The notes under the pieces were generated by a model that saw nothing but the letters and a program-made list of their open reading frames with translations, did not search any database and was not told where the DNA came from. Source: Gaiellaceae bacterium (lineage in GTDB: Bacteria; Actinomycetota; Thermoleophilia; Gaiellales; Gaiellaceae). Taken from it: a stretch of DNA of 51,120 nt. Shown piece by piece: positions 33,844 through 42,011 of this stretch. The stretch covers positions 1-51,120 of the forward strand of contig DATDKA010000150.1 in the NCBI GenBank assembly GCA_036520235.1. The letters are read 5' to 3'. Made by a program: the position numbers and the translations under genes. The stretch's first letter is position 1; the number at the start of each line of letters is the position of its first letter.

Positions 33844-34658
33844 GCAGGGCCGCCGACCTGCGGCGAGAGGACTACCGGCAATACAAGGAGGACGTCCAGC
33901 GGGAGGGCAAGCCGTTCTACCCGTTCGCGATGTTCCACGACACGGTGATGAGCCTCGTCGTCGTATGCGTGATCGTGGCGCTCGCCTGCATCTGGTACTT
34001 CACCGCCGAGGATGTCGGGCCGGGCGCCTCGAAGCCTGGCTGGCTCGGCGTGCTGTACGAGGACAAGGCCGATCCGGGGACGACAAGCTTCACGCCGCGA
34101 CCAGACTGGTACTTCTACTTCCTCTTCTACCTGCTCCGGATCTTCAAGTGGCCGGACACGGTCGTCCTCGGGACCGTGGGCATCCCGACAGTGCTCTTGA
34201 TCATCGGGCTGGCCTTGCCGTTCCTCGACCGCAGGCCCGAGCGCCGGCCGCTGCGCCGCCCGGTCGCGATGGTGACGCTCGTCCTGACGGCGATCTCGAT
34301 GGGCGTCCTGACGTGGAAGGGCGCGACCGCGCCGGAGGCAGGCGCCGGCTCGCTTGCCGAGGTGCCGAAGTGGATGCAGGAGTACAACCTGCCCCCGAGG
34401 GCGCAACCCGGAGCCGAGATCTTCGCCGTCTCCGGGTGCCTGAACTGCCACACCTACGGCGGCTCCGGCTCGCCGAACCTCGGCGCTCCCGACCTGACGG
34501 AGGAGGGCACACGGGGCCGCACGATCCAGTGGCAGATCGACCACCTGAAGTGCCCGAGCTGTGTCAACCCGGGCTCACCGATGCCACCTTTCGCGAAGCT
34601 CGGCGAGGACAACCTCCGCAAGCTCGCGATCTTCCTCAACGCCTCGAAGGGCGGGTAA
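33840..34658 (+). CDS. qcrC: Subunit-IV-like (cyt b C-terminal half) fused to a mono-haem cytochrome c
   Basis: ATGA overlap. Qo-site motif TPRPDWYFYFLFYLLR (PEWY-type), TM helices, then CLNCH haem c site and GSPMPPF. Confidence 0.88.
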   Translation: MSRAADLRREDYRQYKEDVQREGKPFYPFAMFHDTVMSLVVVCVIVALACIWYFTAEDVGPGASKPGWLGVLYEDKADPGTTSFTPRPDWYFYFLFYLLRIFKWPDTVVLGTVGIPTVLLIIGLALPFLDRRPERRPLRRPVAMVTLVLTAISMGVLTWKGATAPEAGAGSLAEVPKWMQEYNLPPRAQPGAEIFAVSGCLNCHTYGGSGSPNLGAPDLTEEGTRGRTIQWQIDHLKCPSCVNPGSPMPPFAKLGEDNLRKLAIFLNASKGG

Positions 34659-34665
34659 CCGCCTG

Positions 34666-35352
34666 ATGCAGGCGGCGTCCACTGGTCGGCTGCCGGCGGG
34701 GGAGCTTCGAACGATGTTCGACCGGATTGCGCCGGTCTACGACGTGATGAACCGCGCGATCACAGCCGGGCTCGACGGCCGCTGGCGGCGGCTGACGGCG
34801 CGCGCCGTCGTCTCGCCCGGCGACCGCGTGCTCGACGCATGCTGCGGGACCGGTGACCTGGCGCTTGCGGCCGAGGCCGAAGGCGGGCGGGTGACCGGTC
34901 TCGATTTCTCCTCACGGATGCTCGAGCGCGCCCGGCGGAAATCCGCGGTGATCGAGTGGGTGCAGGGCGACCTGCTCGAGCTGCCGTTCGGGGACGCGAG
35001 CTTCGATGCGGTCACCGTCGGGTTCGGTGTCCGCCACGCCGAGGACCTCGATGCGGCGCTGCGCGAGCTCCGCCGCGTGCTGCGTCCCGGCGGCCGCCTC
35101 GCGGTCCTGGACATCGTCCGGCCGAATGGTGTCCTTGCGCTCTTCTACGGCGTCTGGTTCGACCGGCTGATCCCGCTTGCGGGGAAGGTCGTTCCCGGCG
35201 GCATCGCCTACACCTACCTTCCAGCCAGCGTTCGGAGGTTTCCGGGGCCGACGGAGCTCGAGGAGAGGATGCACGCGGCCGGCTTCGGCGCCGTCGCCCA
35301 CCGGCTGCTCGCCGGCAGCATCGTCGTCCTGATCGTGGGCGAGGCCGCATGA
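34666..35352 (+). CDS. menG: Demethylmenaquinone methyltransferase (UbiE/MenG)
   Basis: MFDRIAPVYDVMNRAITAGLDGRWRR, VLDACCGTGDLA, VGFGVRHAEDL. Confidence 0.9.
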   Translation: MQAASTGRLPAGELRTMFDRIAPVYDVMNRAITAGLDGRWRRLTARAVVSPGDRVLDACCGTGDLALAAEAEGGRVTGLDFSSRMLERARRKSAVIEWVQGDLLELPFGDASFDAVTVGFGVRHAEDLDAALRELRRVLRPGGRLAVLDIVRPNGVLALFYGVWFDRLIPLAGKVVPGGIAYTYLPASVRRFPGPTELEERMHAAGFGAVAHRLLAGSIVVLIVGEAA

Positions 35353-36254
35353 CGAGCCTCGCGGCGGTCGAAGCCGCGCCGGGGCTGGACGCGTACCTCA
35401 CGCAGCTCGAGGACCACCTGCGCGAGGCGGTCGCCACGCATCCCGGCACGGTTGCGAAGGCGGGCGCCGAGGCGCTTGCGGCGGGCGGAAAGCGTCTCCG
35501 GCCGGTGCTCGTCTTCCTCAGCGCGCCGGAGGAGCCGCCCCTGCCCGCCGGCGTCGCCGTCGAGCTCGTGCACATGGCGAGCCTCGTCCACGACGACCTG
35601 ATCGACCGCGCGAGCCTCCGCCGGGGGAAGGCGACGGCGTGGCGGACGCACGGCTCCGTCGGCGCCCGGGCGACCGGCGACTACCTCTTCGCCCGCGCGT
35701 TCTCGGAGCTCTCCGCGACCGGCGACGCCGAGGCCGTGCAGCTGCTCGCGGACACCGCGCTGGCGCTCGTCCGCGGCGAGGCGCTGCAACACGCCCAGGC
35801 GCGCCGGCCGGAGACGACGGTAGAGGAGTACCTGACGCGTTGCACGCTCAAGACCGCGGAGCTCTTCCGTGCCGCGTGCCTGCTCGGGAGCCGGGACGAG
35901 ACCCTCGGGCGCTTCGGCCGCGCGCTCGGGATCGCATTCCAGATCACCGACGACATCCTCGACTGCACCGGCTCGACGATCGAGACGGGCAAGGTCGCCG
36001 GGAACGACCTGCGGGAAGGAACGCCGACGCTGCCGCTGATCTACGCCGCGCAGGAGGACGTGCACGTGCGGGAGGCGCTCGCCGGCGGGCCGCTCGACGG
36101 GGTGCTCGTCCGCGTCGCCGCAACGGGGGCGCTCGACCGCGCCCGGGAGGTCGCGCTGCGGTACGCCTCCGAGGCGCGGTCGCATCTCGACGGCGGGCGC
36201 TACCGCCCCGAGCTGGAGGCGCTCACCCACATCGTCGTCGAGCGCCGCAACTGA
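35349..36254 (+). CDS. Long-chain polyprenyl-diphosphate synthase
   Basis: ATGA overlap. GGKRLRPVLVFL, FARM VHMASLVHDDLIDRASLRRG, SARM GIAFQITDDILD. Confidence 0.9.
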   Translation: MTSLAAVEAAPGLDAYLTQLEDHLREAVATHPGTVAKAGAEALAAGGKRLRPVLVFLSAPEEPPLPAGVAVELVHMASLVHDDLIDRASLRRGKATAWRTHGSVGARATGDYLFARAFSELSATGDAEAVQLLADTALALVRGEALQHAQARRPETTVEEYLTRCTLKTAELFRAACLLGSRDETLGRFGRALGIAFQITDDILDCTGSTIETGKVAGNDLREGTPTLPLIYAAQEDVHVREALAGGPLDGVLVRVAATGALDRAREVALRYASEARSHLDGGRYRPELEALTHIVVERRN

Positions 36255-36604
36255 TGCCGCGTATGACAATGGCGGTGCCGATCATCCCGGCCCGCGACAC
36301 CGTCGAGAGCGCCGAGTGGTACCGCGACAACCTCGGGTTCGAGGTCGTGCACACCGAGCCCGAGTACGGGATCGTCGAGCGGGACGGCGTGGGCGTCCAC
36401 TTCTGGGGGCCGAGCGGGATCCCGCCGGGGCGCTCGGACACCATGTTCCGGATCCGCGTCGAGGGGATCGACGAGCTGTACGAGCACTGCCGGTCGCGCG
36501 GAATCACGCATCCGAACGCGCCGCTCGAGGAGAAACCGTGGGGCGCGCGGGAGTTCGCGGTGATCGACGGCGACGGCAACCTGCTCACCTTCTTCGAGCG
36601 ATGA
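36254..36604 (+). CDS. VOC/glyoxalase-bleomycin-resistance-fold protein (116 aa)
   Basis: TGATG overlap. VPIIPARDTVESAEWYRDNLGFEVVH...GAREFAVIDGDGNLLTFFE. Confidence 0.8.
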   Translation: MPRMTMAVPIIPARDTVESAEWYRDNLGFEVVHTEPEYGIVERDGVGVHFWGPSGIPPGRSDTMFRIRVEGIDELYEHCRSRGITHPNAPLEEKPWGAREFAVIDGDGNLLTFFER

Positions 36605-37113
36605 GCGAGCGTTTATCGTCCAGGGCGATGGCGGTGCTTCCCGAGCCGGTCGAGGATCTGCTCAACAGGGCACTCGTGAGCGAGCTGACGGTCGTCGACC
36701 CGTCGGGCCGTCCAGTCACGCACCCGCTCATCCCACTCTACGACGGCGAGGTGATCTACCTCACCTCGAGCATCCTCTTCTCGAAGAAGCTCGAGCACAT
36801 CAAGGCGAACCCGAAGGTGTCGCTCTCGATCAGCGATCCCGTGGCGGTGCAGGCGGAATCCGCCGCCCGCGCGACGATCCAGGGTGACGCGACGGTGGAC
36901 GACTCCGACCTCCACGAGGGTTGGGAGCGCGTGCTGCCGCTCTGGCGCGAGAAGGAGCCGGCGATCGACTTCTTCCTCGGCAAGCGCGTCGCGCTGCCCC
37001 TCTTCTTCGAGCGCGCGGTGATCGAGGTCCGCCCACGCAAGGCGTTCCTCTGGGAATCCGGCCGTACCGACCGGCCGCCACAGATCTTCGAGGTCGCGGG
37101 GGTGCCGGCATGA
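36601..37113 (+). CDS. PNPOx-like (split beta-barrel flavin/deazaflavin-binding) protein
   Basis: ATGA overlap. LLNRALVSELTVVDPSGRPVTHPLIPLYDGEVIYLTSSILFSKKLEHIKANPKVSLSI. Confidence 0.7.
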   Translation: MSERLSSRAMAVLPEPVEDLLNRALVSELTVVDPSGRPVTHPLIPLYDGEVIYLTSSILFSKKLEHIKANPKVSLSISDPVAVQAESAARATIQGDATVDDSDLHEGWERVLPLWREKEPAIDFFLGKRVALPLFFERAVIEVRPRKAFLWESGRTDRPPQIFEVAGVPA

Positions 37114-38444
37114 AGCCGACGCCGGAACTCCTTGGCGCGCTCGAGGAGCGCTTCGCCCATGCCGTGATCGCGTACGTCGGCCCCGACGGGTACCCGATGG
37201 CGGTGGCAGCGGACTTCACCGCGGATCCCGAGCGCGGGGTCGTCCGTCTCCAGGCGCCGGCGGGGGAGGCGCAGCCGCCGGAGAACGAGCGCGTCAACGT
37301 CGTCTTCAGCCACATCCGGCCGCAGCCGGGGATCGGCTACGACGAGCGGCGCTACATCTCGCTCTGGGGCCCGCTCCGGCGGACCGACGAAGGCTTCGAG
37401 CTCTCGGCCGACCGCGTCCAGGGGTGGGACGAGCAGGAGATGTCCTTCTTCGAGTACTCCGAGCGCGGCGTCCCACAGGCGCACCGCTACCTCGAGCAGG
37501 TTTCCGCGGAGACGGGGCGCACGGTGCGGCCGAAGCTCGCTCTCGGCTGGCTCTTCCTCCGCGCGACGCGGCTCCCGTTCCTCACCGCGACGTTGGTGCC
37601 GGTTCTCCTCGGCATCGCGGTCGCCGGCGAGCGGGGCGACTTCAGCTGGTGGGTCGCGCTGCTGACGGTGATCGGCGGCGCGTGCATCCATCTCGGCCTG
37701 AACGTCGCGAACGACGTCTTCGACACCACGAGCGGCGCGGACGCCGCCAACGTGAACCCGACGCAGTTCAGCGGTGGGTCGAGGGTCGTGCACTACGGCC
37801 TGATCTCGCTGCGCGGGATCACGTTGCTCTCGGCCGCTTTCTACGCCGTCGGCATCGCGGTCGGCCTCGTGCTGTGCGCGACCCGCGGCTGGGGCCTGCT
37901 CTGGCTCGGCGTCGCCGGTGTGCTCCTCAGCGTCTTCTACACCGCCCCGCCGCTGAAGTTCGTGCACCGCGGTCTCGGCGAGGTGATCGTCGCCGTCGGC
38001 TTCGGCCCGATCATGACGCTCGGCGCCTACTACGTGCAGGCGCAGCAATACGACTGGGAGCCGTTCTTCGCCTCGCTGCCGGTCGGGGTCCTGATCGCGC
38101 TGGTGCTCTACGTGAACGAGATCCCGGACCGGCCGGCCGACGCCGCCGCCGGGAAGCGGACGCTTCCTGTGCGTCTCTCGAAGGAGACGATCGTGAACGC
38201 CTATGCGGGCTCTGTCGCGCTCGCGTTCGTGATGATCGTCGTCTTCGCGGCGGCGGGCTGGATCGCTCGCCCCACGCTCATCGCCGTCCTCGCCGCGCCC
38301 CTGGCCGTGCCGGTCTACCGAGCGCTTCGCGACCACTACGACAGCCCGTACGAGCTGATGCCCGCGATGGCCAAGAACATCCAGCTGCATCTCGCGACGG
38401 GTGTGCTGCTGATCCTCGGCTATCTGATCGCGATCGTCGTCTGA
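37110..38444 (+). CDS. menA: Fusion: N-terminal PNPOx-like domain + 1,4-dihydroxy-2-naphthoate polyprenyltransferase (MenA, UbiA family)
   Basis: ATGA overlap. About 155 N-terminal residues (AHAVIAYVGPDGYPMAVAADF...RVNVVFSHI) precede the first TM. MenA motifs GLNVANDVFDTTSGAD and YVNEIPDRPADAAAGKRTLPVRL. Confidence 0.85.
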   Translation: MKPTPELLGALEERFAHAVIAYVGPDGYPMAVAADFTADPERGVVRLQAPAGEAQPPENERVNVVFSHIRPQPGIGYDERRYISLWGPLRRTDEGFELSADRVQGWDEQEMSFFEYSERGVPQAHRYLEQVSAETGRTVRPKLALGWLFLRATRLPFLTATLVPVLLGIAVAGERGDFSWWVALLTVIGGACIHLGLNVANDVFDTTSGADAANVNPTQFSGGSRVVHYGLISLRGITLLSAAFYAVGIAVGLVLCATRGWGLLWLGVAGVLLSVFYTAPPLKFVHRGLGEVIVAVGFGPIMTLGAYYVQAQQYDWEPFFASLPVGVLIALVLYVNEIPDRPADAAAGKRTLPVRLSKETIVNAYAGSVALAFVMIVVFAAAGWIARPTLIAVLAAPLAVPVYRALRDHYDSPYELMPAMAKNIQLHLATGVLLILGYLIAIVV

Positions 38445-39454
38445 GCACGCCGCTTCCGACCATCCCCTGGGACTGGTACCGCGACACGGCGGTGCTGGCC
38501 CGGGAGAAGGAGCGGATCTTCCGTAGCGCCTGGCACTACGTCGGCTGCTTCGGCCAGGGCAACGTCGAGCCCGGCTGGGCCGGGCAGGTGCCGGTGGTGC
38601 TCGTTCGAGATGGCGACGTAGAGCGGGCGTTCGTCAACGTCTGCCGCCATCGCGGCTCGGTCGTCGTCGAGGATCCGGGTGACCGGCGGTCGCTGCAGTG
38701 CTCCTACCACGCCTGGACTTACGGGCTGGACGGCTTACTGCGGAGCGCGCCGCGGGCCGAGGAGCTCGCCGACCAGGAGGAGCTCTCGCTCGCGCCCGCG
38801 CGGCTCGAGCGCTGGGGCCCGTTCCGGTTCGTGAACATCGACCCCGACGCGCCGCCGCTCGACGAGCTGCTGGGCGAGATCCCGGAGCGGATCGCCGACG
38901 CGGGGCTCGCCGTGGACGAGCTGGCCTTTCACCACCGCACCGACTGGGAGGTCGCTGCGAACTGGAAGATCGCGAGCGAGAACTTCCTCGAGTGCTACCA
39001 CTGCCCGGTCGCGCACCCTGGGTTCTCGAGCATGGTCGACGTGTCGCAGGACCGCTACGAGCTCGTCGCCGGCGACCGGCAATGGAGCCAGTTCGGCCAG
39101 CTCCGGAGCCGCGGCGACGCCGAGCTGCCGGTCGGCCAGTTCCACTTCATCTGGCCGAACACCGGGATCAACATCTTCCCGGGCCGCCCGAACCTCTCGA
39201 TCGGGCCGATCCTCCCGCTCGCGCCGGACCGGACACGGCGGATCCTCGACTACTTCTTCGCCCCGGCCGAGACGGAGGAATGGATCGCCGAGTTCCTCGA
39301 GTTCGACGACCAGGTCGGGCGGGAGGATGCGAAGCTCGTCGAGCTCGTGCAGCGCGGCGCGGGCGCCGGGGTCATTCCGAACGGGCGATTGCTGCCGGAG
39401 AGCGAGAAGCTCGTGGCCGGCTTTCAGGCCCGCGTCCGGGACGCGCTCGCCTAG
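38441..39454 (+). CDS. Rieske [2Fe-2S] non-haem-iron oxygenase alpha subunit; probable CTG start
   Basis: LPTIPWDWYRD..EKERIF..WHYVG, Rieske CRHRG...CSYHAW, mononuclear Fe site NFLECYHCPVAHPGF. No ATG/GTG/TTG lies upstream of the conserved N-terminus. CTG 38441 overlaps the menA stop (CTGA). Confidence 0.85.
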   Translation: MSTPLPTIPWDWYRDTAVLAREKERIFRSAWHYVGCFGQGNVEPGWAGQVPVVLVRDGDVERAFVNVCRHRGSVVVEDPGDRRSLQCSYHAWTYGLDGLLRSAPRAEELADQEELSLAPARLERWGPFRFVNIDPDAPPLDELLGEIPERIADAGLAVDELAFHHRTDWEVAANWKIASENFLECYHCPVAHPGFSSMVDVSQDRYELVAGDRQWSQFGQLRSRGDAELPVGQFHFIWPNTGINIFPGRPNLSIGPILPLAPDRTRRILDYFFAPAETEEWIAEFLEFDDQVGREDAKLVELVQRGAGAGVIPNGRLLPESEKLVAGFQARVRDALA

Positions 39455-40224
39455 CTTCCGGCGGCCTCGGCCTTCCGCAGGCCGCGCACCGCCCAGACCG
39501 AGAAGGCGCCGACGAGGAGGACGGCGACGCCGAACGCATACGTGACGTGGACGGGAGCGCCGGCGATCAGGCTCCGCCCGGCCTCGAGCAGCAGCGTCAC
39601 CGGGTTCAGGTGCGCGATCACCTGGAGCCAGCCGGCGAGCAGGGCCAGCGGCACGAACACCGGCGCAAAGAAGAGACAGAGGAAGATCGGGAGCTGCATC
39701 AGCGGCGCGGCCTGGAGCGTCCGGAAGCGCATCGCGATCCCGGCCGACCAGAGCAGCCCGACCGCGTTCACGAGCACGGCCAGCGCATAGAGCGCGAAGA
39801 GGTCGACGCCGTTCCCGCCGACCTCCATTCCGGCGATCAGCGCCACGACGGTGAGCAGGGTCGCCGTGATCGTCCATCGGCCGAGCGCGCCGAAGGCGTA
39901 GCCGAGCACGATCCCCCGCCGGTCCGGCGCCGCGAGCATCAGCCGCCGCATGAAGCCGGTCTCGAAGTCGCGCACGATCCCGAACCCGGTGAAGACGCCG
40001 GCGAAGGCGGCGGACTGGAGCAGCACGAAGACGAACTGGAATGCCGTGTAGCCGACCGGGAAGCGGAAGCCCGGGATCTCGTTCACGCGCGAGAGCCCTC
40101 CCGCGAACGCCGTGAAGAAGAAGAGCGGGAAGGCGAGGCCCGGGATCAGCAGTGAGGGCGTGGTCAGGTTGTTGTGGAGCATCCGCCAGCCGACGGCCCG
40201 CGCCACGCTGAACGTCGCGCTCAT
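39451..40224 (-). CDS. ABC-2-type transporter permease
   Basis: 257 aa, 6 TM pattern. Operon with the ATPase at 40985-41944. Confidence 0.8.
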   Translation of the reverse strand: MSATFSVARAVGWRMLHNNLTTPSLLIPGLAFPLFFFTAFAGGLSRVNEIPGFRFPVGYTAFQFVFVLLQSAAFAGVFTGFGIVRDFETGFMRRLMLAAPDRRGIVLGYAFGALGRWTITATLLTVVALIAGMEVGGNGVDLFALYALAVLVNAVGLLWSAGIAMRFRTLQAAPLMQLPIFLCLFFAPVFVPLALLAGWLQVIAHLNPVTLLLEAGRSLIAGAPVHVTYAFGVAVLLVGAFSVWAVRGLRKAEAAGS

Positions 40225-40988
40225 GTCCGCGCCATCCTGGTGCGGAGGGCGAGCGAGGAGAGCGTCAGGCCGACGATCGACATCAGGATCGCGATCGAGA
40301 ACCCGAGCCCGAGCGCCTCCCAGTTCCAGCCCTGGATCACCAGGCTGCGGATCGCCTCGATCAGGTACGAGACCGGGTTCAGTGAGGCCGCCGTCCGGAA
40401 CCAGTGCGTCTCGATCAGGTTCCGCGGCAGGTTCATCGACGAGATGAAAAGGAAGACGAAGAAGACGGGGAAGAGGCTGTGCACCGCTTCGGTCGAGCCG
40501 GTCCGGAGCGCCGCCAGCGCCCCGAACGAGCCGAAGGCGAGCACGATCAGGACCGCGAGGAGAAACAGCACCAAGGCGCCGGCGACGCCCGACTCGAGCC
40601 GGACGCCGATCACGAGCGCGACGGCCAGGTACCAGGCCGCCTGAACGAACCCCATCACGATCACGCCGCCCAGGTGGCCGATCAGGAGCGCGGGGCTCTG
40701 CATGGGCGTCAGCGCGAGTCGGTTCAGAAAGCCCGTCTGGATGTCGCGCGCCAGGTCGACGCCGGCGTTCACCGTGGCGAACAGCGAGCCCTGGATGAAG
40801 GGGAAGGCGATGAAGAAGGCGAGGAACGAATCGGTCGGGAAGCCGGGCAGATTGGTTGCGGCGTGGAGCCCGCCTGTGTTCACGGCCATCAGGGCGAGCG
40901 GGAAGATGAGCGGCGTGATCCAGTTCGCCGGCTGCCGGATCGTCCGGATCACCGACCGGCGGGCGAGCTGGAGGACCTGGCCGATCAC
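40221..40988 (-). CDS. ABC-2-type transporter permease
   Basis: 255 aa, 6 TM pattern. 4-nt overlaps on both sides. Confidence 0.8.
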   Translation of the reverse strand: MIGQVLQLARRSVIRTIRQPANWITPLIFPLALMAVNTGGLHAATNLPGFPTDSFLAFFIAFPFIQGSLFATVNAGVDLARDIQTGFLNRLALTPMQSPALLIGHLGGVIVMGFVQAAWYLAVALVIGVRLESGVAGALVLFLLAVLIVLAFGSFGALAALRTGSTEAVHSLFPVFFVFLFISSMNLPRNLIETHWFRTAASLNPVSYLIEAIRSLVIQGWNWEALGLGFSIAILMSIVGLTLSSLALRTRMART

Positions 40989-41944
40989 TCCGGGGGCTCC
41001 GGCTCCTCCGAGCCCTCGAGCGATCGTCCCGTCTTGGCCAGGAACACGTCGTCGAGAGTCGGGGCGTGCAGGTGGAGGTCGGCGACGCGGACGCTGCTCG
41101 AGTCCAGCGCGCGCACGACGTCCGCGAGGTCGCCGTGTCCGTCGAGCCGGACGGCGACGCCCTTCGTCGACGGCTGGAGCTCGCCGAACCGCGCCAGAGC
41201 GGCCTCGAGCGCCGAGGCGTCAGTGTCCTCCGCGGGCAGCGCCTCCACCGTGGGGCGGCCGATCTCCGCCTTCAGCGCCTCCGGTGTCCCCTCCGCCACG
41301 AGCCGACCGTGGTCGATGATCCCGACCCGGTCGGCGAGGACGTCGGCCTCCTCGAGGTACTGCGTCGTCAGGAACACCGTCACGCCCTCGTCGCGCTTGA
41401 GCCGGACGACCTCGTCCCAGAGCGCGCTGCGGCTCTGCGGGTCGAGCCCTGTCGTCGGCTCGTCGAGGAAGAGGATCCGGGGGCGGTGCGCCAGCGCCAG
41501 GGCGAGGTCGAGGCGCCGCTTCATCCCGCCCGAGTAGCCGCCGATCTTCCGGTCGGCGGCGTTCCTGAGGCCGACCCGCTCGAGCAGCTCGTTCGTCCGC
41601 TCGTCGCGCCCGACGCCCCTGATCCCGTGCAGGGCGAGCTGCAGCTTCAGGTGCTCGCGCCCCGTCAGCAGCGGGTCGAGCGCCGCCTCCTGGAGCGCCG
41701 CGCCGATCGTCTTCCGGACTGCCGGCCCCTCCCGCACGATGTCGTGGCCGCCGACCGTCGCGGTGCCTGCGGTAGGCGGGAGCAGTGTCGTGAGCATATG
41801 GACGGTGGTGGATTTCCCGGCCCCGTTCGGGCCGAGGAAGCCGTAGACCTCGCTGGGGGCCACGTCGAGGTCGATGCCCGCGACGGCCCGGATCCCGCCC
41901 TTGAACTCCCGGACGAGACTCCGGACCTCGATCGCGCTCTCCAC
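40985..41944 (-). CDS. ABC transporter ATP-binding protein (DrrA-like)
   Basis: Walker A GFLGPNGAGKSTT, signature YSGGMKRRL, Walker B ILFLDEPTTGLD. Confidence 0.92.
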   Translation of the reverse strand: MESAIEVRSLVREFKGGIRAVAGIDLDVAPSEVYGFLGPNGAGKSTTVHMLTTLLPPTAGTATVGGHDIVREGPAVRKTIGAALQEAALDPLLTGREHLKLQLALHGIRGVGRDERTNELLERVGLRNAADRKIGGYSGGMKRRLDLALALAHRPRILFLDEPTTGLDPQSRSALWDEVVRLKRDEGVTVFLTTQYLEEADVLADRVGIIDHGRLVAEGTPEALKAEIGRPTVEALPAEDTDASALEAALARFGELQPSTKGVAVRLDGHGDLADVVRALDSSSVRVADLHLHAPTLDDVFLAKTGRSLEGSEEPEPPE

Positions 41945-41950
41945 GCTCTG

Positions 41951-41956
41951 AGCCTA
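41951..41956 (-). promoter_or_regulatory. -10-like hexamer TAGGCT, 6 nt upstream of the ABC ATPase GTG (leaderless candidate)
   Basis: The reverse strand reads TTTACA-15 nt-TAGGCT-CAGAGC-GTG(41944). Lower-GC divergent intergenic region. Confidence 0.35.
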
Positions 41957-42011
41957 CCGATGTACGAATCGTGTAAAGCGCAGGATCTTTGGGTAGCCTG
42001 GCTCTCGGGTC

